Below, piece by piece: positions 1 to 12,523 of a DNA stretch of 64,000 nt (positions are counted from its first letter, which is position 1; every line of letters begins with the position of its first letter). Below the pieces are notes generated by a model. It was not told where the DNA came from. It did no database searches and saw only the letters and a program-made list of their open reading frames with translations. Source of the DNA: Octopus vulgaris (lineage: Eukaryota); assembly GCA_951406725.2 (NCBI GenBank), contig CATOCA020000003.1, positions 248,001-312,000 of the forward strand, written 5' to 3'. The translations under genes were made by a program, and so were the position numbers.

Positions 1-317
1 GATCCGGTCGGCTCGGCCCGCGCGAGCCCGGCGGCGGCACGCCGTCGCGTCCGGGCCAGTCGGTTGGCGAACGCAGCGCTTCTTAGAGGGACGGGCGGCA
101 GAAAGCTGCACGAGGCGGAGCGATAACAGGTCTGTGATGCCCTTAGATGTCCGGGGCCGCACGCGCGCTACACTGGAGGTATCAGCGGGCGCGTCTCCCC
201 CGGCCCGAGAGGGTCGGGAAACCTCTGAACCACCTCCCGTGATAGGGATCGGGGCCTGGAACCAACCCCGTGAACGAGGAATTCCCGGTAGACGCGGGTC
301 ATCAGCCCGCGTCGATC

Positions 318-360
<43 letters not shown>

Positions 361-443
361 CGAACGGTCCGGTGAGGTCCTCGGATCTGGCCGACGAGTC
401 CGCTTACGCCGTCGTCGTCGGCGCGTTCTCTGATGGCCCGGAG
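1..443 (+). rRNA. 18S (SSU) rRNA 3' fragment, truncated within the V9/helix 44 region; probably a dispersed or pseudogenic copy
   Basis: Universal SSU motifs ATAACAGGTCTGTGATGCCCTTAGATGT (~124-150) and GTCCCTGCCCTTTGTACACACCGCCCGTCGCTACTACCGAT (~320-360). Variable regions are very GC-rich and divergent. The sequence stops at an LTR, and the terminal GTCGTAACAAGG motif is not found. Confidence 0.95.
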
Positions 444-723
444 TGTAGTGTGATGGAGGAAAAGGACAACAGAAAAAGAAGCAACGGGAGAAAGAAATAC
501 AAAAGGCCTTACCTCGGCGAATCAGCGGTCACTCTTACGAATTCAACACGTCTTGTCGCTCTGCCCTCCTTGCTGGAACTGACCAAACGTTCTTCCTGAA
601 CGACCACACGTGCTTCCTGCCCACGCATGCCCCTGTCACTCTTCCGCCGACCCCTGCAAGCCTTACTTCCGTCCACCAACACCACATAGCTCTATTACAG
701 CCCATAACACTACTAAAACCACC
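444..723 (-). repeat. 3' LTR of the Gypsy element
   Basis: Direct repeat of 1851-2135 with substitutions and indels; adjacent to the purine tract. Confidence 0.85.
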
Positions 724-1838
724 GCCCCCTGATCACTTAACTGGCTTTCCCACTCACTCCTCGCTCCCGAACTCACACCTTAACTGGTTTCATGATCAGC
801 CAACCAGGGAGGAGGGTGCCGCTCCCTCTGTGGTCTCCGTGCGACCCCAGGACTGGCCTGAGTCCCTGGCATGCTGCTGCTGGCTTCATCATCTTGTCTT
901 CATCTTGCCTACTGTTGCTGTCTTCATCTTCTTGCCCACTGCTGCTGGTTCCATCCTCTGAGGCATGGACAATCTTCCGTACATCCAAAACTTGGCGTGG
1001 CATACCATCGACAGAGACGTTGTTCTTCAAATTGATGGAGGTTATTGTTCCCTTTCCCCATCGTGATGTACACCATGCGTTTGGGGGTTTTACCCAAACT
1101 TCTTCCCCGACCTGCACAAAGGCGTGCTCTTCCTCTGCCCCGGATCGCATTGATGCAGTACATGGATGCCTCTACTCGTACCGTGTGTGGCACCGACTCC
1201 TCAGCCTGTCCTGACCTGGGCGACATATTGTACCAAAATACGGCCTCGATTGGTGAAATGTGGCCCCTCTGCCATGGTTTTGATGGTACGATGATACCTT
1301 TCCACTTGGCCGGTATGCCGCCCTAAAGAAGCGGTTGACCTGCCACCTATCAAGCATTTCTTTCAGCACCTCCGAGCGAAATGCAGTGCCATTATCCAGA
1401 AGCAGTTCATCCACGGGGCCTCGTTCCAGGAATATCTCATTCAATACGTTCACAATTTCCTCTGCGGTCCCCGTCTTCATCTCCCTCCATATGGCCAACC
1501 GCCCCGGTCCGCAGTCAGCCATTGAGAGGTATGTCCCCCAGTCCATTTTGTTTTCCCCAGGCGAGCGTATGCCTCGAACATTCCCTCCGCAAAAGCCTCC
1601 ATCAAACGGATTTCTATTTTCTCCGTTTCTAAGTTGGTCCCTCTCTTCAATCTCTAGGTAGAGCGCCAACGCCGAACCATCCAAGTACAGCGGTATAAAA
1701 CTCACTTATACCGTGGAGCTTCGCCACCAACTTCATCTTCTTCAACCAAGCGACTACATCTGTGTCACCGCAAAATGGTTTGATCATATCGTTCGAAATA
1801 CAGACAACACTCATCGTTGGGTTTTTTTTTTGTTAAGG

Positions 1839-1850
1839 GCCGAAATAGCT
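1839..1850 (-). promoter_or_regulatory. Candidate non-canonical primer-binding site complementary to nt 1-12 of tRNA-Phe
   Basis: The sense (minus) strand reads AGCTATTTCGGC flush against the 5' LTR. Its complement GCCGAAATAGCT is the 5' end of human/Drosophila tRNA-Phe(GAA). No TGG-type PBS is present. Confidence 0.6.
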
Positions 1851-2135
1851 TGTAGTGTGCTGGAGGAAAAGGACAACAGAAAAAGAAGCAACGGGAGAAA
1901 GAAATACAAAAGGCCTTACCTCGGTGAAATCAGCGGTCACTCTCCCGAATTCAACACGTCTTGTCGCTCTGCCTTCTTTGCTGGAACTGACCACACGTGC
2001 TTCCCGCCTGCCCATGCATGCCCCTGTTACTCTTTCGCAGGCCCCTGCAAGCCTTACTTCCGCCCACCTCATCTGCAATCCCCTCCCCCAACACCACATA
2101 GCTCCATCACAGCCCACAACACTACTAACACCACA
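1851..2135 (-). repeat. 5' LTR of the Gypsy element
   Basis: TG...CA termini with short inverted ends; lies upstream of the gag ATG on the minus strand. Confidence 0.85.
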
Positions 2136-2344
2136 GATAGACTGCTTTGTAATCCGGACCACCTCCAGAACAAAGCATTGGAAAATCTCTTACTTTCTGT
2201 TGCCTAGCTTTCCTTCGGCTACCTGATATAATTCTCTGCTACCACCATTTTCGCAGTCTTTGCGGGCCTGTTGCTTCGCTTTTATAGTAGTTTTCTTCAT
2301 TGTATCACTGCTTGGCTTGCACTAGTCAGCTGAAGACGTAATTC

Positions 2345-2927
2345 ACGACAGGCAAAGCAGATATGAAGTCCTCAGTTGGTTGTCCTACAAGCTGTGTCAT
2401 CTGGAAAAGACTTTCTAACTAGAAAGGGTATGGCCTGGTCAGCCTGTAATGACATGCATAAGATCTGGTCATCAAATCTAAGTAGAGACTTCAAACTTGA
2501 AATATTCAAAGCCACAGTCGAACCAATTCTACTATATGGCTCAGAAACCTGGACGTTATCAAAGAAGCTTGAGAGGCGGTTGGATGGAACCTACACTCGC
2601 CTCCTTATGAGAGCTCAAAATCTCTCGTGGAAGCGCCATCCAACCAAAATGCAAATATATGGGAAATTACCACCTGTGTCATCTCTTGTGAAAGGTAGGA
2701 GAGTCCAGTTTGCTGGACATTGTTGCAGAGCTGAAAAAGAAGTAATTTCTACTCTTCTCCTCGCAATACCAGAGGGCACACACTCTCCTACCCTGATGTA
2801 ATCTCCAGGGATACAGGCATCCAGCAACAGGACCTCCGTAATGCTATGATGGACCGTGAAGTCTGGCGTAACATAGTAAATTCCATTGTCTCGACCACGG
2901 TCGAACAATAATAATAATAAATAATAA
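2345..2927 (+). mobile_element. 5'-truncated RTE-clade LINE, 3' end
   Basis: FKATVEPILLYGSETWTL...RRVQFAGHC (RT thumb/C-terminus) followed by an (AAT)n tail. Confidence 0.85.
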
Positions 2928-3044
2928 TATGTGTCAGAAGCTTCTGTTAGAATATCTCTAAATCTGTAATTTCGATGGGTCTTTGAGTTTCCATACATAA
3001 TCTCCTTTTCCAGACTAGTTTGTTTCTCTAAGTCCTTCTAGTTA

Positions 3045-4720
3045 CTCTTTCTTTCTTTCTTTCTCTCTCTCTCTCTCTCTATGTGATGGCCGTCCACTCG
3101 TGACCGAGGAAGACCATTGCTGACCTTTAGGAACATTGTGTGCTCTAGAACTAAATTTTATTTTGCATTTGCGGCTCCGTTGGTGGCTAATGAACACTGC
3201 TCTTGACAAGCACACACAACTGCAAACATTGCAAACCAAGCTTTCCCCATTCACACTGCGCTTTCGAGCAGCACGCTTAAATTCTTCATGCAGAATACGT
3301 GCTCACTCAAAGGTGTCGACCCCCTCTTAAACCAGATTCCTCCATCTGTGGCGATGACAGGCATTGCTCTCCCAGTCGGTCATCTGCATATCACAGGCCT
3401 TTAATGAGGACTTGACACAGTCCTTAAATCGCAACCTTGGATTCTGCCAGGGTCTTTCCACTAACAAGTTCTCCATATACCATCTGTCTAAGGATCCTGC
3501 TATCCTTCATTCTAATAAGGTGTCCAGTCCAACGTAACCGGTGCTTGTACACCATCACCTCAATACTCAAGATATCAGCTTTCCTCAGGACCTGTGTGCC
3601 TGGAGTTTTTAAGGTCCAACCAACATTCAGAATGTGTGTCAGACAACTCAAGGACCGTTACATGACATTTGTAAAGGGTCCATGTCTCACATGAGTAAAG
3701 GAGCAATGTCAGTACACATGCACGGTACACAGCAAATTTTGTATGCCTTGTAGTGCTATGCTGGGACCAGACACAAGACTGAAGAGACCGCTAGGATGAG
3801 TTGCTCTCTGCAGTCTGAAAGATATTTCATCATCTAGGGAGCAAGAACGGCTGAGAGTGTGACTTTCAGTATTGTTCCTTCAACCAAGATCGCTGGTTCC
3901 ACATATGGATTTCCTGGTGCAGGCTGGAACATTACAAGCGTCTTGTCCAGATTATGCCGAGTCCAAATGCTTTGCAAGAAGCAGAAATACGATTCATAAG
4001 TATTTGCATGTAATCCACTGTATGAGTGACTAAGTCACCACGAATAAGAGACTGGAAAACTTTTGAATTGGCAGCAAATCGGTGCAGATTAAAGATTAAA
4101 GAAGATGACATATATTTTCAGAGAGCTAACCTTAGCAAAAGTAGCAGCAAAGTACAAAGAAAAAAAGAGTTGGGGAAAGGATGTCACCCTGCTTGACGCC
4201 ATTCTCTTCAGGAATGAGTCCCGCCATGCCACCACAAATATTGACCCAAGTCTCCATCCCATCATAAAATGATTTAATTATAGATACAAAGTGATCTGGA
4301 CATCCAAGTTTGCCAAGTATTTTTCATAGCAAGGCCCTATTCACGGTATCAATCCATATTCTGCACTTCTCCTGCATCTGTCTTACTGTGAAAATCATAT
4401 CCATTGTCCCTCTAGCAGATCAGAAGCCACATTGAGATTCAGATAGGACATCGTGTACGAGTCACCCATTTAGGGGGGGGGGGAGAAGAATATTTGCCAG
4501 AACCTTGCCAGCAGCTGATAGTAGAGAAATACCACACATTATTCTGGTTCCTTTTCCTTTATAGAGAAGAAGAATAATTGCATCCTTCCAGTCCTTAGGC
4601 ATTGCACTATCCCTCCAGACTACACTAATAAGTTTATGAAGGAACTGTATGATGTAATCACCACCAAATCGCAAGACCTCAGCACAAATTCCATCCCGTC
4701 CATGTGCCTTAACCAAGATT
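3045..4720 (-). mobile_element. Decayed RTE/BovB-like LINE
   Basis: KAHGRDGICAEVL...WKDAIILLLYKGKG...ISLLSAAGKVLANIL and LRWTGHLIRMKDSRILRQMVYGEL motifs, a C-terminal CxxC..HxxxxxC zinc finger, and a (GA/GAAA)n tail. Many stops. Confidence 0.85.
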
Positions 4721-5299
4721 CAATTTACTTATAATATATATATTCCTTTTTGAGACAGTGCTCTTCAAGGAATCTCATTTCCATTAGCTTGAGTGCCTCT
4801 GCTAACAACATCAATGTAATTGAGTGGTTGTTATCCTCCACTTGGTTGTAGAATTCTCCAAAATATGTGATATGGCCTGTTGTTCACAACAGTTGCAGTG
4901 GTCAGTTATAACGCAATAAAAGATAATAAGAAATGGAATGAAGAACAACGCCTTGAAAACGAAGGTCCTCTCAGCCAACATAGTGACCTTCCTCAAGGTC
5001 ACTATTCATCTTGATGGAGAGGCTGTGGAAGAAGTTAAGGAGTTCAAATATCTCAGATCCACCCATACCATCACTGGCTGGGGAAGAATGAGGTCGTCAT
5101 TCAGATCAATCACGCATGGTCAGCCATCTGCCGCCTCAATAAGTGCTTGTTTGAATGGTTCTCCTCTTTGGTTGTGAGACCTAGCCAAACATTACAGGCA
5201 CTCATGGCTATATCCCTATATCTTACTTTCTGTCGACAACGTAAGATTCAAGGTAAGATATGTTTCTGACTGCTTTGTGCCATTATTGGAATAAACTGG

Positions 5300-6100
5300 A
5301 ATGTGGTTTTCAGCTTCATTGACGGTCACGTATTCAGTCTTCTTTGCAACTAGAAACAAACCAGTTTTGGCTACAGCATGCCCATCAAACAGTTATTAAG
5401 TTGTAAGGGCAGGATTATCAACAAAGTCAACTTTAGAGAAATGGGGGCTAAAATTTTGTCTAGGGATATCATCCACTACAATCACAAAAAAAGAAAATGT
5501 GCTAGGGTGCTAGGCTGTTGCTGAAAAAATCTTTAGTTGGGCCATTTATGTCATTTAAGTCTAATGGGTTTTTGTATTTGACAGAGATGGCTTTGACAAT
5601 CTCGTCAACACTTTCAAATATCTTGCAGAAATTCACAAATATGATTGATACGTTTTGCCTGGGGTTGCTAAACTTTTCAATAAATTTTCTAAGAACATAG
5701 ATCTGTGTTTATGTTGAACTACCTTTACAGAAGTGTTTTGGTTCCATTTAGGATGGGATCAATGTGACGGGGGACTGTATTAAGGGTACACAGAGTTGTG
5801 CAATTCTTCTGTGGTCCTGTGGAAGGTGGAACAGAATGCTGGTTGGTTTGTTTCCTTTGTAAGTCTCTCTACAGAAGTCCAACAGATGTTTGTTGAAGAG
5901 TTGACATATTCATATGGATGATTGAGATATTATCTGGAACCGTTTTAGGCATTTTGAAGCTCTTCTATGGCATCTGGGCCAGACTATTTTCTACTCTGTG
6001 GGTGAAGAAAGAATAATTATCAATTGTCAAGTTCTGTAGCTCTGCGTTAATAAGTAGCTATCTAAATCAGGCATCTAAATACTGTCAGTGGTTTTTCCCA
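5300..6100 (-). mobile_element. Highly decayed LINE RT remnant (RTE-like)
   Basis: Minus-strand translation gives IYVLRKFIEKF...SIIFVNFCKIFESVD, resembling RT motif FVDFxKAFDSV. Confidence 0.5.
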
Positions 6101-6573
6101 AAGTGAGAGTCAATGGTGAAGCTCGCTGGTTGATAAGATTCACAGGTGACAAGAAACTTGTTCTCATCATGAAGGGTGTGCTTCTAATGCCATCATCAGC
6201 CAAGTAAAGGCTCATTTCATTAATACTAATGTTACTTGAGCTTGCAATTCTTGTCTTCAAACCATGTAGTGTATTTAATTTTTTGTCTAAAGGTGGAAAA
6301 ATTATTTGTGTATGTTTATCATTATTATTATGTTATGGTTGTTCTGCTTTTTGTTTAAGTTTGCTTGTAAGAGACCAACAATTTTGGAGGCTAAAGGTAT
6401 ACCAGGAATACAAATCAAGCAAAGGCTTTCAGCACAATAGGAACAGTGTTTTGCTACTGGTTACAATTGATTTGAAAATTTTTAAAAATGAACACATACA
6501 AGCACACAGCTGCATCCATGAAATCTGAGGCATGGTTGAAAAGACAAGTAGCAATTAATATGAAAATGAGTCA

Positions 6574-9500
6574 TGTTTGAACAGACCCTACTGTGATTTT
6601 TTAACCCCAAAAGGACATCTGTAGCTAGTTAACAATTCAGAGCTGCATTTGGTAAATTATGAGCAGGGGAGCGAAACCCTACCACCGAGAGACAGGACAA
6701 ACAGATCAGATCTGGTTTTGGGCTATTTCTGCCACCCTTTGGTACTAGAAACCTGGTCTGCTAGATATGGCAGTAGCTCACCTCTGCTCTCAATAATCTC
6801 TCTTAAGAGTTCAACGTAGTAGTTGTACTGACAAGTACTGCATCTGTACTACAACTACTGTGTTAGTCTGTTAGAGAGATTTTAGAATTAGCATTTTTGC
6901 TTGTTGCAAAATCAGCGACAGTGTGTCTGCTTGAAATATATATATTGCGAACAGAGGCAAGCTATTGCTATCTCTAGCAGACGAGGCTTCTGTGACACGT
7001 CGTTTTTTTTTTTCATTTTGCTACCCAACGTTATGTGAGTTCGTTTCTGTCTGTCTCTTGTACATTTGTGTTATTGTTATATACTTTACATGAACTTGAA
7101 CTGTTGTCTTTTGGTAAACAGTAATTTTTGCTCTATGGGGCAGAAAATTTCTGATAATTTTCATAATTTTTGTGAAAATTATCAGAATTGTTAACCTTTA
7201 CAGGTTATTTTCTAAAACTTTTTCTTGTCATTTGTGACAAGTTTCAATATGGAATTTAACCTTGCATTAAAAAAGGATTTTCCCAAGCTGGGAGAAGGAA
7301 ATTCAAGTGTAAATCAACAGGATACTAGGGAAAAACAGAGTTTTTCAGCCGCCAAGGGAAGAAACGTTACTGAACTTGAAGTAGCAATGGATCAACTATT
7401 CAAGTTTAGAAATTTAATTTTAAAAAGTGGAGAGGAGACCAAGTTGGTGCTTCCCCTTGAGACAGTACATGCCACAAAGGAAAAAATAGTTATGTACAAG
7501 GTCTACAACATCAAAGAAAAGAGGATAATGGAAGTAAAAAAATGAAGCAGTGGAAAAGTGCATGGCGCCTATCTGGAACAAAGTACGCCACATTAGCCAA
7601 GGAGTAAGAAGTGTCACAATTGAAGCACATTTCGAGTCAGCTAGCATAGCCAAGGAGGTGTCTACACAAATGCTGAAGAATGAGGAGATAATGCTGCTGC
7701 CCACTTACTTGGGTCGCAGGACCACAAAGGTGACAATATAAAAGTTCCCGGTAGCGTATGAGGTAATGTGGGTAGCGGCTCCAGTAGTGTATGACGTGGA
7801 GGAGAAAATTACAATCCTGCAAATGAGGAAAAAGGAACCAGTTAACTGGAGAGGACACTCTTTAGAAATGGTCATTCAAGCGGACAATGTGACACTTGAA
7901 AATTTGCCTGATAGGGTGCTTGTAAGGGAGGGGAATACAATTCATGTGTCAGTAGAGGGACATAAGCCCAGATGCTTTAAGTGCGGGCAGAAGGGCCATG
8001 TTCACTTGACATGTACAAAGAAAAAAGGAAATGAAGCCCCTCCTCAAAACACAGAGAAAGAGGAAGGACAAGCTGGAATAATACCAACAAAAGGCAAAAA
8101 TGAAAAAAAAAAACGAAAGAAAATACATAAGAGGAAACAGAAGAGATGGAGTTTACCCAGGTAACTCACAAAAGGAAAAAAACAAACACCCTGGACTCCC
8201 CACCCCAAACAAAAAAAAAACTACAAATGAACAACACAAAAAATTCCCCAGTCCCACCTTGCTGGCACTACGTTAGTTGGACAATGGTTTGCCAAACCCT
8301 TCACCCTAAACTTAAAAGGTTTTTTTAAAAAAATGACAAAATCATCTCTTTTAATGAGAAAAATGAGAAGGTTTTGCGGTACATAAAAGTACAACCAAAA
8401 ATAAATTTTTTTAGCAAAACGGCAGACAATAAGTTTGACGTTCGCTATGCAAAAGTTGGAGAGGAGGAATGGAAGGAGAAAATCCTTCAAGAACATTTAA
8501 AGGACAACGCAATAAAAAATGTTACCCTAGTGGGTAAACTAATTATTAGCCTGGCAGCCACACCAACCTAAAGCCTGGTGGTAAAGCCAGTGAAAAGCCC
8601 AGCAGCTATGGGGAGTGTCGAGGAAGCAGGCAGACAAAAACTGTCATGCTCTCTCTCTCTCAACCGTAAGTAAAATATTTTTCTTCCATTGATGATTAAG
8701 TTAGGCTGTGTGAAAGTGCGTGGAATGGGGTCGAAATGGAAACAGGCTTGTTTCCTGCACGACCTCAGGACACATGGAATAGATGTGGCTATTGTAACTT
8801 AGTCCAAGATGAGCGAACCTCAAGCGTTCTCGCCTCTTCTGAATGGTTATGAGAAATTTATTTCTCCTGGCCGGAGGAGAGGGCGTGGCAGGAAGAGCTT
8901 GGACTTACAGGTAAGTTCTGTCTTTCTGGACCCAGAAGGTAGTCTGGTCGTCCTGGTTGTGACCCACGTGAGTAAGCAGTCCTTTAGATTGCTAGTTGTC
9001 TATGCTCCTAACGAGCATGGGCAGTCGGGTTTTTTTCTGAGACCTGGAGCACTTTCTAATGATGTCAGAAACGGAAGTTCTGGTTGGGGATTTTAACACT
9101 ATCCTTGATGTACGGGTGTATGGTGTTGGCTCAACTGATAGGAAAGGGAATCCTAGCCTCAAGAGTCTACTAGACAGCTTTAATCTAGTAGACCGTTACC
9201 GACTGGATGAGCCCAGCATTCCACAGTGGACGTGGAGTAACAATGACGGCTCACGCAGATGGTACATAGATAGGGTATTCGTTAGGGAAAGAGATAAGAA
9301 TACCTTTAGTTGTCCACAATTTTGTATTGCGCCTTACATGGATCACAAACTTGTGATGTGTGAGGTACATATAGATAAATGTTATAGACAGGGACCCGGA
9401 TACTGGAAGATGAACGAGTCTATTGTGGCCTTTTGTACCTGGATTAAGGTGTTAGTACAGAGGGCATTATGTGACACCATCATTAGTAATAGATGGTGGC

Positions 9501-12180
9501 ACGCCCTTAAAAGAGCCATCCATTTGGAGTCCATTAGATTTAGCAAGCAGCTAAGTTAAGATAGGACTAGTATAGAGGGCGATTTAGTTAAGAACTTAGA
9601 TGAGCCAATGGAATCTGGCTCTGCATCTAGAGTGTAGGCAGTGAGAACTGTCTTGTACCGTTACCTCAACTCTAAGCATGAAGGCTGCAAAGTTAGAGCT
9701 AAAAAGGCCTTTATAAAGTCTTTAATGGATGATTAGGGGTGCAAGATCTATGGACAGAAGGATATGCAGAAAGTCTTACACCAGCATTTCGCACGGTTGT
9801 TCAGGGAGGGCAGCTCGCTTGAGCGTGAGGAGGCCTTAAAGGACTTCCTAGCTGGTGTGCTGCAACTCTTGGCTTGTGAGGCAGAGTGCTGTGAAGGACC
9901 GATTACTCCCATGGAAGTTAAAGAGGTGCTGGCTGAGTGCGCCGGGGAAAAGTCGCCAGGGCTGGATGGTCTGCCCTATGAGTTTTGTCGTTGTATGCCG
10001 GATTCATTCGGGGATATACTGGCAGGCGTCTATACAAAGTGGCAGCAGAATGGGAGGATTCCCAGTTCTGTGAGCTGGGGAGTGGTGACGCTGGTCTAGA
10101 AAGATCTGAGCAAGGGGGATAGTATTAGCAATTACAGGCCCATAACTCTACTTAATGTAGAGTTAAAGATTTTGGCCAAGGTGTTAGCGAAAATGTTGAC
10201 GGTTGTCGTGGAGAAACTTGTAGGGAAGACACAGACATGTGCGATCCCAGGTAGGTCAATCCAGGATAATCTTCACCTTATCCGCTACACCTTAGACAGG
10301 ATTGGGAAATTAGCCGGTAAAGGTAGGGCAATGATCCATTTAGACCAAAGTAAAGCATTTGATAGGGTAGACCATTGGTACCTAGTGGCGGTCCTTGAAG
10401 CGGCTGGACTGGGCCCGGGCTTTGGCAGGTGGATCTCTGCTATGTATAGCGGCATCAAGTCCACAGTCCAGATAAATGGTTACCTGATGGAACTGTTTTC
10501 GATCAAGCGCTCAGTTCGTCAAGGGTGTCCCTTGTCTCTGCTTCTGTACGGCTTGCGTCTTGGCACCTGGAAGAGCAAGTCAATATCGTCCAGTGTTGTG
10601 GGTCACTGGACAGATGGTCCTATTAAGTTACTTTGAGTGTGGTTTGGTTCAGACTCTCAGAAGGTTGAAGAATTGGAGTGAGATGGCAGACAATGCAGAG
10701 GCCGTAGTATGTAGTTCTGTCCTTGAAAGAAAGGGCGGAGGTGGTACAGGTGTTTATTGCATCTGTAATCATTTACCACCTGACCGTTGTCCCTTGTCCC
10801 GATTCGTGGCTAAACAAGTTGGAACGACTCCTTTTCCCCTTTTTGTGGAAGGGAGGAAAGCCACTTGTAAGGCAGTCCATTTGCTGCCAGGAACCGTTGA
10901 AGGGTGGGCTAGAAATGCTTTGGCTAATGATGTGCAGACATGCGTTGAGGCTAAGACATCTGTGGCGCCACCTGGAAGGTGATAAGGTGTGGAGACCACT
11001 CGCAGTCTCCACAGACATAAAAAGATGGAATCCAACTTTATGGCAGAAGGAGTGCCGACAGGCACTCTCACTGATCCACAAGATGGGCAAGGCCAGCAGC
11101 GGGAATACCACCTCGGTGTTCTATAGAGTGCTGGTAGAGGCTAAAGATGATGATGACCTAGGAGGGGCTCTGGGATTTGATGAGAACCAACTTGCCAACC
11201 TGTTTAAAAAGACTTTCAGGCTAGGGTACTTGGACAATTACCAAATATCCCTGACCTAGCAGTACTACAGGAACACTTTACCTGTTCGCGATAAGTTATC
11301 TAGGCACAGAATGTCAGTGCCACCAACATGTCCAAGATATGGGCTGGACGATGAAACCGTCCAGCACACTTTTGTACAATGTTGGGAGCTGTCAAGCTTG
11401 ATAAGTTACGTAGAACACGTGTTGTCGCATCTGGGACGAGTACAGCTGTCAGCTGGATCTATAATAAAGATGGTACCGCCAACTGGACTCTCAAACGAAG
11501 GTGAGGCATGTTTTTACTGTACAGTGGTAGTATTGAAAGAGTGCGTATGGCGAACTAGAATGGAAGGTTTTGTGACAGGGTCCTTCGTCTCTGGCCCGAG
11601 ATTGATAACCTATTTCAGATACCATCTGAAGAGCAAGATGGGGTTAGAGAGGAAGACCCTGCCGCAGAGAGCGTATGAGAAACGTTGGAAGGATGTAATA
11701 AGAAAGGTGGGTGTCAGTAACCCAGCTTAATCATCAATGAAGGAAAAAAAAATAGTTGCCGGGTCTTACAGGCTGCTGGGTATATAGTTTGAACTTGTTT
11801 GATTTATCTTTTCTTTAAAAAAAAGGATACCAGGAAAGTCATTAAATTTTTAATATTCATTTGAACTCATCTTAACATTTTTGCATTTGTTTCATCCTGT
11901 AATGTCCCATCTGTGTATTGATTGTATAATCATAATAAAGAATCTATCTCTAGCAGACGAGGTGTCCAGTACTGAAGAGTGGCAGAAATAGTCCGAAACC
12001 AGGTCTAGTCAACTGGTCCTGCAGCTAGGGTTAACCAGCTAGAGATGTCCTCTTGGGGTTAAAAAATCATAGTCGAGTCTGTTTGAACAAACAGCCATGT
12101 TGAAGTGGCTTTGAATATTACTTGTCAGTACAACTACTGTGTTGATCAATAGAGAGATTTTAGAACTAGCATTTTTGCTT
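6574..12180. mobile_element. Penelope-like pseudo-LTR relic with inverted/tandem arms, split by the Tx1 insertion
   Basis: 6574-6790 is the reverse complement of 6949-6986 plus 11963-12089. 6850-6902 is directly repeated at ~12128-12180. A degenerate hammerhead core CTGAAGA...GAAACCAGGTC lies at 11972-12005. Confidence 0.6.
6987..11943 (+). mobile_element. Full-length but decayed L1/Tx1-clade LINE
   Basis: ORF1 remnants with a zinc knuckle CFKCGQKGHVHLTC (~7225-8330). ORF2 remnants: APE (VYAPN, VGDFN, YIDRVF, MDHK), RT (KSPGLDGLPYEF, LDQSKAFDRVDH, SVRQGCPLS) and a C-terminal CPR..ETVQH..C. Ends in AATAAAGAAT. Exact 19-bp TSD CTATCTCTAGCAGACGAGG at 6968-6986 and 11944-11962. Confidence 0.93.
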
Positions 12181-12406
12181 AGTCATTGCTGTACCTATGA
12201 AATCATTCACTACAGACTTGACATTAGTAAAATTTATCCAAGATAGGTATCCCAAACAACTCTCAGAATTACAAAAACAAATTCATTTTGGTATCTGTCA
12301 ACAACTGTTGGATTTCTATGGTAACATAGAAAGAAATTGTGGAAAGAAATTGTGACTAGTGATGATGCATATAAGTGTGTTACAAATAATTAATTTGACT
12401 CACCTA

Positions 12407-12408
<2 letters not shown>

Positions 12409-12458
<50 letters not shown>

Positions 12459-12461
12459 TGA

Positions 12462-12510
<49 letters not shown>

Positions 12511-12523
12511 ACACACACACACA
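12409..12523 (+). repeat. (GA)n/(CA)n microsatellite
   Basis: Directly visible. Confidence 0.95.

Larger units (their letters stand above)
444..2135 (-). mobile_element. Internally deleted (non-autonomous) Gypsy-type LTR retrotransposon
   Basis: Two related LTRs at 444-723 and 1851-2135 with TGTAGTG...CACCACA termini. The minus strand has a gag start at 1814 (MSVVCISNDMIKPFCGDTDVVAWLKK...FIPLYLDGSALALYLEI) fused to an integrase core (DCGPGR...LLLDNGTAFRS) and a C-terminal SH3-like region (VGEEVWVKPPNAWCTSRW). A short purine tract AGGGGGC lies next to the 3' LTR. PR/RT/RNaseH are missing. Confidence 0.9.

Noticed and set aside
134-599. ORFs of 99 and 109 aa
   Set aside because: They are translations of 18S rRNA and LTR sequence.
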